Part shown: piece by piece, positions 26,101 to 38,290 of the stretch
How positions within the stretch are numbered: position 1 is the stretch's first letter
How the letters are laid out: every line of letters starts with the position of its first letter
Assembly: GCA_013265495.1 (NCBI GenBank)
Contig: MU058584.1
Location: 6,352,407 to 6,416,406, forward strand
Source of the DNA: Vicugna vicugna
Taxonomy: Eukaryota
Reading direction: 5' to 3'
DNA length: 64,000 bases
Translations under genes and position numbers: made by a program
The notes under the pieces: generated by a model
The model's database searches: none
The model's input: the letters and a program-made list of their open reading frames with translations, nothing else
What the model was told of the DNA's origin: nothing

Positions 26101-27212
26101 ATTAGGAAAAAAAAAAGATGTCTGCCATTAATGATCTAAGCTTTTATTTTAAGGAAATAGAGGAAGATGAGATTATTAAGCATAAAGGAAATGTAAAGAA
26201 GAAAATAATGAAGACAAGAGCAAAAATCAGTGAAATAGAGACAAGAAAATCAACAGAGAAAAATTTTAAAAAGAGTTAATTAAGAAGACAAAGATTTTCA
26301 CTAACCATAATGAAAAAAGATTAAATATACTTAATTAAAAGTTTTTAAAAAATAAATCTCTGCTTTTCAAATGACAGCATCAGGAAATTAAAATGCAAGC
26401 CATTGGGGGGACAATGTCTATAATATATTATCTGATAACACTGTATCTGATAATATGTAATATATATATATATCTGGCTTGTACTATACACACACACACA
26501 CACACACACAGTCATCTTACAATTATATATAATAAGAAAAGAAACTAGTCAATTTTTCAAAAATGGTTCAAAATTTTGAACAGACCTTTTGTAGAAGAAA
26601 ATATATAAATTTTCTTGACCAACAAGTAGGAGAAAATATGTTTTACGTAGTCAGTAATCAGGGAAACACAAGTCAAACCCACAATGAAGTATTACTATGC
26701 ATGCACTTAGAATGGTAGCAAAAATTAAACTGTCAATATTCATCGGCTTTCTGGATGAAAAGCAACAGAAACTCTCCTACACTGATGGTAGAAGTGTAAA
26801 ATGGTACTCCACTTTAAAATACAGTTTGGCCATTTGTATTAAATTAAAGTACACTTACCATTTGATCTGTGATTTCATTTCTGGGTATTTACAATAAAAG
26901 CTGAAAACATATGTCCACAAAATGTCTTGTATACAAATGTTCATAACAGTTTTATTCTTAATGACCCCAAACTGGAAACAACCTACAGGTCCATTAACAG
27001 GTTAATGGATAAACAGATTACAAGTACTACTCAGCCAAAAAAAATAAAACGAGAATGAACTACTGCCACATTCAACAACATAAAGTTTAAATAACATTAT
27101 GCTGACTGAAGAAAGCCAGAAAAAAAAGAGGACATACACTCATATTGTATGTACTCTCCACTATACTGCTGTATATTCCATTATATGAAATCTAGAGTAG
27201 GGAAAACTGATC
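23140..27212 (+). mobile_element. Old L1 (L1MC/L1MD-like): 5' UTR, ORF1, ORF2 endonuclease region, large internal deletion, 3' end
   Basis: ORF1-like (gacctagaatttgatattcagaaaaaata), endonuclease-like (atcaaaatctgtgggatgcagg; ttagaaaa) and 3' end (aactggaaacaacctacaggtccattaacagg) motifs in the expected order. Confidence 0.9.
26456..26510. repeat. (TA)n and (CA)n microsatellites
   Basis: Seen directly. Confidence 0.9.
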
Positions 27213-27839
27213 TCAATTTTGTTACAATTACTTCCAATTTTTCCCAGCTTTTTATTTATAGTTGAGATAATATTCTGTGCACTATTTGACACTATTTTCT
27301 CTACTCACTCTTAGTCAATTTATCATATCATCAGTAATTATTTGTAGACATTAAATAGCTTAATGATCTCTATTACTTTTTTTAATTATCTTTTGATTTA
27401 GATTGTCAAGTTGCCAGCTTTATAAATAATATTCCAGTGATCATCTCCGCACATAAAGCTTTGTCACATTTGTATCATTTCTTTGGGAAAGATTTCTAAA
27501 AAATAAGTAATGGATTAGGATAAAGGAAGGCGATATTTATACATCTCCTATTTTTCTGAAATTTGATTTATAAGAATTCTATCTAAAAGCTTAGCCACAT
27601 TGACAAACCTGACCTGTGATTCTTATTTCAGGATAGTGATTTGCTTGGAAGATACATTTTGATTAATTAGCCTCTTAGGAATCGGGGCAAGACCTCAAGG
27701 GACAGTTAACCAAGCACAGTTGCATAATGCCCATGAAAGGTTGGTTCTGTTACCAGTAGACCCTTTGCTCTGTCAAATCTCATAAGGATTTGTCTTTGAA
27801 CTTGGTGGTAGGAGTTGGCATGGAGGTGAATTGTTCCAC

Positions 27840-28172
27840 TGACTCCTCATGGTTCATTCTCCTTGTTTCTTCAGGTCTTTCTCAGATGTCTCCTTCTCAG
27901 AGAGGTCTTCTCTAGCTTCCCTATGTAATTTAATCACACAAACACACGCACACGCCAATCACTCTTTTTTCCCCCTTAGCATGATGTATTTTTTTTCTTC
28001 ATGACATTTACCCTCTGACACCTGCCACACACATCACCTCCACCTGCTGGGAGAAAGTAAGCTCCATGAGAGCAGGGATTTTGTTTTGTTCCTTGTCATA
28101 CCCCTGTTAGCTGGGATGTATCTGTCTCTCAGTACACACTCAGCTATATTTTGAATGAAAGCTTGAATGAAT
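27840..28172 (+). mobile_element. L2 LINE 3' end
   Basis: gtaagctccatgagagcagggattttgttttgttc...ttgaatgaa, the L2 3' terminus. Confidence 0.8.
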
Positions 28173-29059
28173 TAAGGATGAGGAACTTTGAACTGCTGAC
28201 AGAAAGTACTGGAGGAAAGGGAAAAAAAATAATACGAAGCTGGGAATAGTGTTTGAAAAGAGGAAATTCAAATCAAAACAAAGCAAGCAAATCTTGAGGA
28301 ATAGTTAAAATGTCTACTGCAGATAGTTAAACAGGTAAGAGTTGTATTTAAGTGGTTGGCTGTAAGTTTATGATAAAAACTCAACACCTACCTCCCATTC
28401 TTCTACAAAATCTTCAGTTAAATCTGCAACGTATGAGTGATTTAGGGGGAAATGGGAAGTGGGCTGGATTCTACAGTAAATTTGACAAGAGAAATTCAGA
28501 GACAAACAGTAAAACACTTACAAATTTTAAAAAAGTTACGTCCTGATTCCTCAGTTCTTAGCAAGGGATAAAGCTGTATAGAGTCAGCACTCATGATTAG
28601 GAGTACACTGTTTTTAACTTACATACAGTATATCACTTCAGAGTCACAGAAGAGATATAAGAAGAAAATGAACTTTATCATGGAAGGCATAAGAACGGAA
28701 TAAACAAAGGCACAGAAGGTAAATGATGACTTAAAGTCTTAAAATTCATAAATCATTCACATAGAAAGTCCACAAGACTCTTGAAAGATATACTGGAAAT
28801 AGTAGACTAAACTCAAGATTCATGAAGATTATTCAACGTGATCATATTTTCTATTTTAAAGTTTGATTGTAAAATCAATTCAGTTCCTCCTTTATTCTAA
28901 CTAAATAAGGCTGAGAACATGACAGGGTATCTCCACAATAAGGCAAGTTCTCATCAGCATAGTAACACATTTTATAGATTCTTAGATTACAGTAGTAGTA
29001 AAATAATCCAGATGATTGCTTATTAGTTCAAGGTTTCTGTCTAATGAAATCAGTAATTA

Positions 29060-29236
29060 CCATGTCTTCTGGATTCTAAGGTGCCATTGACTATCATATG
29101 CACCATTAACTTAATAATAACTGAGGGCACAAAGATAAACACACTTACTAAATGTTCACACTGAATATGAGATGAATTCCAACTATGGAAAAATCCAATT
29201 ATGGGCAAAGTGCATCTTATCATTGATGAAATACTG
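29060..29236. mobile_element. TcMar-Tc2 MITE (MER104/Kanga-like)
   Basis: Degenerate inverted termini ccatgtcttctggattctaaggtgc / gtgcatcttatcattgatgaaatactg, flanked by TA on both sides. Confidence 0.65.
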
Positions 29237-30509
29237 TACTTTGAAAATAGAAGACTTGAATTCAGCAAGTTCATTGTTTACTGGTTTTGAGACCTGTATC
29301 CAAACATTGAAATCTTTTGGCTTTCAGTTGTCTGACTCTAAAAGAAGCCTATTCTCTTCTTCCCTATAAGGTGGAGGAAGAGAAGGACTGAATGAGGGAA
29401 GAGCAGATCAGATAATCTTTGAAGGATCTCTCTAGCTCTGAGGCTCTGAGGCTGTGGTTCCATGTTTCTTGATGATACCATTATTGAAAAGGAGAAGATC
29501 CTAATTTAATTAATTCTTGCAAACATGTATTGATTTTCATTCTCATCTAATCTTCATCAAAGTTCTTAGAGAATATCTACCATTAATAACCTCCAATTTT
29601 GAGAGGGCTGTTGAAGTTGTTGATTTTAGGAGTTGGTAAGTCATTCTTTCTTCATAAAATCTCCAACGGCAAGCTCCAAGAGCCAAAGTAGACACAGCTT
29701 CCAATGAGCAGGACGGCAGCTCCACTTCTAATAAGTTAATCCAATGGTTTTTGTCATGAGCAAAACAAGAAATCATGTTTTTAATCATACTAAAAGGTCT
29801 CTGCATCTTGTTAACATCTGGAGTTCAATCACTTCTGTGCTAAAAACCGGGGAATGCTTCAGCAGGGCATAAATCTTGCCCCTCATTGTACATGCGATCC
29901 AGATGCTGGAGGAGAATTAACGTTCGTTTGTAACACATCTGGTGTCGGCAGCTTTGAGTAAACTCTAATAGAAAGAGTGCGGAACTAACGTGGCATTACA
30001 CCTTCCCCCGGGCCAGGGGTTCTAGACTGAAGGTAAAAGGCTGCAGGTGTCCCTTGGGGCTTAGCCATAAACTGCACTAATCAGCTCTGGCATTGTGTTA
30101 AGTGCAGGGTGTTTTGCATTTTCCACAGAAATTTCACAGCCCAGTAATTCTACATTCCAACGGTCTGCTTTTGACAACTCTTTAGATTTGCCACCACTTT
30201 GAAACTCCAAATAAAGGAAAGGACCAGAGTCATTGTCAGGGTTGGGCTATCTCAAAAGATGGAAGGGGCAGATCATGATCAGAGTGGTGAAGAGAGAATA
30301 ACAAGACTGACCTGACTGTAGGTATAAGAGTTGGAATCTGCAGTGAAAGGCAGTCCGGTGGAGTTGAGAGAGCACTGAATCTGAATTGGGACATCTGAGC
30401 TTAAGTCTGACCTCTGGGGTGTGTGCAGAAGTCCAAAATGACCTAGGTCACAGTTTCTCACAAGGACATTTGAGAACCAAGTAAGTTGATGGCTTTATGT
30501 AAGACAAAG

Positions 30510-30870
30510 ATCAAGTTCAAATTTCTTAGAGTAGCATTTTAATTCACTTCACAATATAGCTTTCCTTTCCAACGGCCTTTGTCCTCAACATATACTCAGG
30601 TTTTAAACTGTCACAGATATCTTGCTTTTCAAAGACCTGTTGCACACTTTCGTGCTTTGGAGTCTTTGTCCTTCTATCCTATTGGTTTTAATGCTTTGCT
30701 TCAGTTCATTTGCTGACCTTCTATTTCCCACTTCGGTCTAAGTCTCCTTCTCCACAAAGCCCTGTACATGTCTCTATTCTTGGAACACTAGTCATGGGAC
30801 ATTATATATTGCCCATTGTTTTTTATGCCTATCTTCTTGGCTAGACTTTGATCCTACTTCATGAGAATCT
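30510..30870 (+). mobile_element. L2 fragment
   Basis: gatcaagttcaaatttcttagagtagcatt...tctccacaaagccct...ctagactttgatcc. Confidence 0.5.
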
Positions 30871-31785
30871 GTGAGATCTATTGGTGAGAGAAAAGGTGGT
30901 ATCTATTGGAAGTATTCAGTAAAGTCTGAGAGATACATTTCATGTTGTTGCAGGTGGCCTCCAATTAAATCATCTTTCTAGGAGAAAATTTTTTGCTATA
31001 GTCAAGTTACAGAGCATGCAAATGCTACTGGGTAATTGGAGGATTTATTTTAGGATTGAACAGAACATCTAGTTAACTATGAATGTGTTTTTATGATGGC
31101 ATTGTGTTCTGTTGGAGGTCAGGCTCTGTGATCGGGGAAGCACGATGCTCACTCCACATGAACATCTAAAGAAAGATCAGAGTCACGTCTTCCCATTCAT
31201 GCTCTGCCTGGCTCTTGTGCTGACTGAGGAAAATTGTGTGTGAAAGTGTCCACACCATTCAAAACGTTCTTCCTTATTTTAATTTGGTGCAGCATGTGTG
31301 GTTGAATTTTATGAGTTAAATGTGCATATGGTGTGACTCCCCCATTAATCATATGTTTTGAATTTGGTATTTGTAACTATCACTAGAACGCTAGAAGAAG
31401 CTACCTACCAACTTAGACTTGAAAGCTGCCACACCACAAAATTAATCATATAGAAAAAAGAGATAAGACATGAACACTGATAAATGGTTATTATCTCATC
31501 AGAAGAAAAAAAAGTGAACTAAAAAAGTAAGATTGACAGCGGTATTGACGTCTTAAAGAGACAGATCTCTAGCAGGGATCAGATTGTGATAACTTGGCTT
31601 TGCTCTTGGATAACACTATGTTTTCCCCAGGACTTTCCTATGTTTTATTCATTCATTTGCCTTCTCTGCCCACCTGTGAAGTAATGCCCAAGGTCAAGTC
31701 TAAGGAAGAAGGAAAACCAAAGGATGGCTATATCAACCTAGAAATAGCCAGGCAGGATTCATCAGTTGTTCAATAGAAATGTTTT

Positions 31786-32028
31786 CTTGGGAGTTTTTTT
31801 AAAATCATAAATGGATATTGAATTTTATCAAAAGCTTTTTCTGTATTTATTGGGATGATCATATGGTTTTTATTCTTCAGCTTGGTAATATGGTGTATCA
31901 CATTCATTGATTTGTGAGTATTGAAAAATTCTTGCATCCCTGGGCTAAATCTCACTTGATCATGGTGTATGATCCTTTTAATGCATTGTTGGAGTTGGTT
32001 TGCCAGAATTTTGTTGAGGATTTTTGCT
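31786..32028 (-). mobile_element. Younger L1 ORF2 RT segment, inverted
   Basis: ORF 31770-31955 ([37 protein letters not shown]) is an L1 RT-domain sequence. Confidence 0.9.
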
Positions 32029-32390
32029 TATATGTGGAACCAAAAAAAAAATATTAATTTTATTTATAAACCAGAAATAGACTCATGGACATAGAAAACA
32101 AACTATGGTTACCAGAGGGGAATGGGATGGGTGAGAGATAGATTAAGAGCTTGAGGTTAACAGATACATATCACTATATATAAAATAGATTAACAACCAG
32201 GACCTAATGTATAGCACAGGGAACTATACTCAATTTGTTGTAATGAGATGTAGTGGAAAAGAAACTGAATATATATATATGTATGTATGTATGTGTGTAT
32301 GTATATGTATAACTGAATTGTTTTGCTGTACACCTAAAACTAACATTGTAAATTGACTACACTTCAATAAACAATAAGAATTTTAAAAAG
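32026..32390 (+). mobile_element. Artiodactyl-type L1 3' end with A tail
   Basis: cttatatgtggaac..agactcatggacatagaaaacaaac..tatagcacagggaactatactcaa..acattgtaaattgactacacttcaataaa. Confidence 0.9.
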
Positions 32391-32499
32391 AAACATTTTT
32401 TAAGTTAATTTATAAAGGCTTATTGAGGAAAGCAGCTTAGATTGAATAGGACATATTCAATTCAGGTTTGATGGATAAATAACTAATAGAAGATAAACC

Positions 32500-33610
32500 A
32501 CTGACGTGCTAAAAGAAAATTCACACATACACACAAACAAATGCCAAGGGAATTCACAACCAAGAGACCTTTACTCTAAGAAATACTAAAGAACGTATTT
32601 TAAGCTAAAGGAAAATAATAACAGGAAGAAGTACAGGAAGCACTGAACATTCATGTCAATGAAGAGGAAGGAATATTGACTGTTTAAAATGACAACAATG
32701 GTGACATCTGTAGGGGCTTGCAGCATGTAGAAACACAACAGCAAAAATAACAAGAGTAAGATACAGACTAATGGGAATATACTGTTTTAAATTTCTTGCA
32801 TTGTTGAAAAAGCAGTACATGTGTTAATTTAAGATAGATTATAGTAAGTTAGAATGTGCCTTGTAAGTTTTAGGGTAACCGCTAAAACAAGAACGTTGAA
32901 AAATAACACAAATGCCTAACAGAGGAGATACAGGGGAGTACTAAAAACATTTGATTATTAGAAAGAAAGGCAGGAAAGGAATATTAAAAAACAGAAACAG
33001 ATGGGAAAAATACAAAACCACTAGCAAGTATGGTAGACTTAAGCCCAGCTATATCGGTAATTGCATTATATATAAATGAATGAAACATTTCAGTTAACAA
33101 GATTTTCAGACTGAATTTTTAAAAGAATACAATTATGGCTGCTTGTAAGAAATACACCATGAATATAAAAATACACAATATTTAAAAGTAAAAGAACAAA
33201 AAGAGACATACCAGGCAAGCATTAACCAAAAGAGAGTTGGTAGGACTCTACTGGAATCAAAGTAGACTTTAAGGTGAGAAGAATTAAGAGAAGTAAAGAG
33301 GGATATTTCAAACTATTAAAAGGGTCAATTCATCTTGAGAACACAGAAGCTGAAACAATCCCTAGCAAGTCTGATTTTAAAAACAAAAGGGGAGAGAGAG
33401 GAGGAGGTGGGAGGGAAGGTTGGGTGGAGAGGAGAAAGGCTGGGAGGAGAGGGGAAGGGGCCAGAGAGAGAACAAGTGACCAAAATCGAGAAAAAAATAA
33501 GAGATCTTAACAAGCACTAAAAGGATGAGAAATATTAGAAACAACTTTGTGCCAGTAATTTAGCAACTTAGATGAAACGGGCAAATGCCTTTAAACACAG
33601 CTTAGTGAAG
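32500..33610 (+). mobile_element. Old L1 fragment (ORF1 end, inter-ORF, ORF2 start)
   Basis: aaatactaaagaacgtattttaagctaaagg; tggtagacttaagccca; aagtagactttaagg; ttagatgaaacgggcaaat. Confidence 0.75.
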
Positions 33611-33769
33611 CTTAAGATCAGGTGGAAGAGTGCCTTCCTGGCCACGCTCTGCTCAGTACATCACAACAGAGCTGCAAGAACTGAACGCTGCTGCTGGGGT
33701 TGCTCCTGCCTACCGGGGACCGCGGGACTTGCTGCAGACCTGCTGCACCCAGATGGCCCTGAGGTAGCT

Positions 33770-33870
33770 TGACAGCCTTCCTGTTTCCCTGGGACTGAGG
33801 GATTTCCCAAAATGCCGGACATTTAGTGTTAAAACAAGGGAAGTCCCCCCAAAATCAAGATGATTTCATT
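33770..33870. mobile_element. hAT-Blackjack MITE remnant (MER81-like)
   Basis: cctgtttccctgggactgagggatttccc...gtgttaaaacaagggaagtccc. Confidence 0.5.
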
Positions 33871-36369
33871 ACACAGTGCCCTCCAAAAAGCTCTTGTGAG
33901 TGGAGGGGACCAATTCCAGAGCTTCCAGGACATCCTGGCATCCTCAAGGGCTGAGCAGATCAGTATTTCATAGCACACCTGTGACTCACTCTTGCCACAC
34001 CCGTAACATGTGGTGCAGCTTTGGGGAAGCTCAGATGGGATAACATCTTTAAAAACTTTCTCACCCAACTCACCCAGTAAAATGGCTTAATAATTTGTCA
34101 ATAATAATAATATCCTCTGTATTCTTTCAAAATGCCAAGAACACCTTACCCTTCACCCATGCATACCTGTATTTGCTAAATGGACTTTGGGGTTCATACT
34201 CCCAGTTACCTAAAGCTACCCCGGTCTCACAAAGCTCTGCCTTAAATACCTTTTACCTTTCCTAAAAAGTCCTCCTCTAGAGCGCACACTGTATTTCTTA
34301 AACATAAACACCAACAACTGTAATCTACACAGAATCTGATCATTCTCCCATTTGGTCAGCTAAGAGAAGATAATGATGAAAGCCCTGTATTCTCATTTTG
34401 CTGCAGGTTGCATTTTTTTTTTTTAATGAAAGAAGAAAGAATGACCCCTGCAGTAGACTATTTTCATTTCAGTTTTCCCTTTAGTTCTTTTTCTGCTACT
34501 TTTCATTTGATGGTTTCCCTTACACAGAAACCCAATAGCTAACTTTAGGGTGACTGCTTGAGAAGGAATTTGAAAAACATTAATCATATTTTATATTATA
34601 TTTATAATATTTATTTATAGCTTAAAATGTTTGGCCCTCAATGGAGTGATAGGTTTTTATCATTTTATTGTTGTTATTATTTATTTATTTTTATTTTACT
34701 AAACTAGTGTAGGACAGGAAAGGAGGGCTGGAAACTTGGTTTAATCCTCTGAGCATTAAGTCATTTAAACTTAAAAAGACAAAAAGTGTAAGATATGCAT
34801 TGTCAGTGTGTTTCACTGGGGGAATTGTCCCCATTTCTGGACATAAGTCTGGGATTAATCTGAACGTGGGCAACAGTCCACTTTCTTTTTCGCTTCCCTT
34901 ACACGTTAAATCCCTTAAGTGATCAGTGAACATGATTTACTTTGGGGCTCCTCAGGCAAGGATCATACCTTAGTTATCACTGAATCCCCCAGTGCCTGGT
35001 TCAATGTGCGCATTCAAAACTGAAATTGACCTGAAGTTACCAAAATAAATTGGGGTCTCCTAACTGCTTCTTACTTGGGGTTCCGGAGATTTAAGTTGTC
35101 ACCAGCCAAAGGAAGAACCTGGTTGTCACTGAAAAGTATTTCCTTAAGCTATAGGGCAATTGAATTCTGGAAATCACTAAAAAACAAAATATAAATTAGG
35201 AAAGCATTGTCTTAACCTTGAAAGGAAACACCTCCATGCCATTGTACCTCCTATTCTGGGTGAACTTTCTTCAGCAAAAACAAAGTGGCAAGAGGCACTG
35301 GTAAAGAGGAGCGGCTACCTGGGAAAGGTGTGGCTGGCGAGGGTTTCATATGATCACAGGCTTTTCAGAAATGACAAGGATTCTCTTTAAAAAGAGGGAG
35401 ACAAAACGGTAAATGGCTTAAGTTTACAAAAAATAAATAACTAAAGGCATATAGGATTCCCTCTTAGCTTGAGAAAATTAGCTTGTATTTCAGTATTTTG
35501 AAGGTTTTTTTCTTTTAATAAAAGATCAAAAAGACAAAATTCTTCTTTAGGTATACATCCCTGGTTAAAAGAAAAAAGGTGTTTTAGGAGCCTTTAGATA
35601 AATTTAGAGATGATAGATTGAATAATTTATTTTAAAAAGTCTGGAAAATATGGAATATGTGTCACCTTAAATTGTCCTTGATCTGAGACAAATGCAATTA
35701 AAGTTGCGTTCTCTGTTAAGTGGTTAATTTTTGCCTGGTGTACCTTTATCTCTTTTATTTTCAGACTTATTTGGTGTTACTTTGTAAAGAGAAATGTGAA
35801 GACAAAGGCCATATGCATTTATAATTTTGACAGCAATCACCCTATTGGCCTCCAGAGAGGTTTCACAGGGTACACACTTACTAATTATGCATGAGTGCCC
35901 GTTTCACTCATCCTCACCAAACCCCTATTATGCAATTAAACTTGATGATTTTTGCTGATCTGGTAGGTGAAAAGGCACATCTTCATACTGTGATTTGTAA
36001 GTTTCTCTTCTATGGGTCAGGCTAGCATCTTTTTATCTTTTAAAAGAGATCTGAAGGTTTTTAAATAAACTATTCATTTCAACTCTTCCAAGACACCTAT
36101 TTTAGGCACAGCTCTTATGTAAAACACAGAGTTGACTTTTTTGTTATGATCAAACATGATTTTTTTTAATAGTTGAGTTACCCACTTATATTTATGGAGA
36201 CCAGTCTTGTTTGCTCTTAATTCTGTCATTCCTGCCATGCTTTCTGTTTTTATTGCTTCTGTTAAAAAACATTGTACTACATGATCTATTTTCTTCTTTC
36301 TGTTCTCTGTTTATGTGTTCTTGATTTTTAAAACTCTTAATAAAATGGAAATGATAGTCATATTTTATA

Positions 36370-38290
36370 AAGCAAAGAAGTATACATCTCAATCATAATG
36401 TGACTTAATGGGATACTTCTACTAAATGTTTAAAAAATTGATCATTCCAATGATATTTAATTGTTCTGAGAAAAAAATTACACTAAAGTCATGGATGAGA
36501 CATAAATGTTTATCACTACTTTAATTTAACATTGCCCTGGAAGTATTAGCCAACACAATTCAAAAAGAGTAGTAAACTAGGGTATAAAAAGGAAAGAAGA
36601 TACATTTATCATCATTTGCAGGCGATATGATTGTACACCTGAGGAAAACAGGAGATCAATTTTTTAAAATATTATATCAATAAGAAAACTTGATAAGGTG
36701 GTTGAATTAAAGATTAATGTACAATTACAGTTCTTACACTACAAATAATACCCAGTTAGATGATGTGCAGGAGAAAAAGATTTATAAATGCAGTAACAGC
36801 AACAAAACCTAGGAATATACTTAGCTAGAAATAACTAAGATCAACATGGAGAAAATTTTAAAATTTGAGAATCACAAAATATAAACACTTACACATTCAC
36901 ATACATATACACAGACACACACATGCACACATATACACTTGAGCATAAAGAAAGGTATAGAATGTGCTTGGAAAAGACTAACCAAAAAATATTTAAGTCA
37001 ATGTCATCTAAGTTAATTTATAGATCTGATATATTTGTTTTAGAGGGTAGGTGTGGAATGTCAAAGTGACTCTAAAAATCAACCAGAAAAATAAGTAAAA
37101 ATAGTCAGAAAATTTCCAAAAAGCTGAAGAGTAGAAACTATTTTTACCAGGTTTTATTACATGTTATAAATCTATAAAAAATTAAAAATTTGCTACTTAC
37201 ACATGACTAGAGAGGCCTATGAAAGAAACAAGAAAATCCAGAAATAGATCCAAATATGTACAGTGATATAATAAAGATAAAGGAAACATTTCAAAATGGC
37301 ATCTCAAATACGGATTGCATAATAATTTGTGATGGGAAAGCTGGGTAGCCACCTGAAAAAAATAAATTTGGATTCATACCCCTCTCCAGAATAAATATGA
37401 AATTGATCAAAGACTTAAGTTTAAGAAATGAAATCATAAAAGTAACAGAAGAAACCATGAAAAAAAATTACTCTCTCAAGTGAGAAAAAATTTTCAAAGT
37501 ATGAACAAAATCCAGAAGCCATAAAAATAGATAAACTTTACCATGTAAAAATTTTAAAAATAATGTTTATGGTAAGACTCATAATAATCAAAGTCAAAAT
37601 CAAAAAATTGAGAGAAAATGTTTGCATAAGAAACAAAAAGATAATTTCTTTAAAACATAAAGAATTTCTACTAATCGATAAGGAAAACCCCAATAATCCA
37701 GTAGCCTAGTGAGCAGGGACTGTGAACAGATCACAGAAACGGAGATACAGACAATTCTTAAATACAGAAAAAGATATTCAGGGAAGGCTAATCTGAAGTA
37801 CATTAAAATACCATTTTTTAAATCTGAAGATTGGCCAAACTCAGAGTATGATAACTCTGTATTGATTAGAGTTCAGGGAAATAGTCTTATACATAGAATA
37901 TGAGCGTTGACATCAACAAATCTGTCTGTAGGGCATTTGACCACACGTAGCAAAATTACAACTATACATACCCTTTAACCAGCAACTCCATATTTGGGAC
38001 TATATCCTACAGATTTACTTACCCATGTGGTAAAGTGATATATATATACAAAATTATTCAGTGCAACCTTGTTTATAGAAGCAAAATATGGTAATCACCT
38101 AAATACCTATCACTAGAGTGCTGTTTGTATAAATTGTAGGGTTCACACATAACAGTATATTATAAATAGTAAATAAAGAAAAAGAAGTTTTATGTACAGA
38201 TGGGATGATTCCAAGATAACGTTTTTAAAAGAAAAAAGAAAGGGATGGAGAATATTGTGTGCAATACGGAAACATTTGAGTAAAAATTAA
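36370..38290 (+). mobile_element. Old L1 ORF2 plus 3' UTR remnant (L1ME-like)
   Basis: tttaacattgccctggaagtattagcca; atcatttgcaggcgatatgattgtacacct (FA-[D]D-MIVY region); ccagaaatagatcca; ccagcaactcca. Confidence 0.85.
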
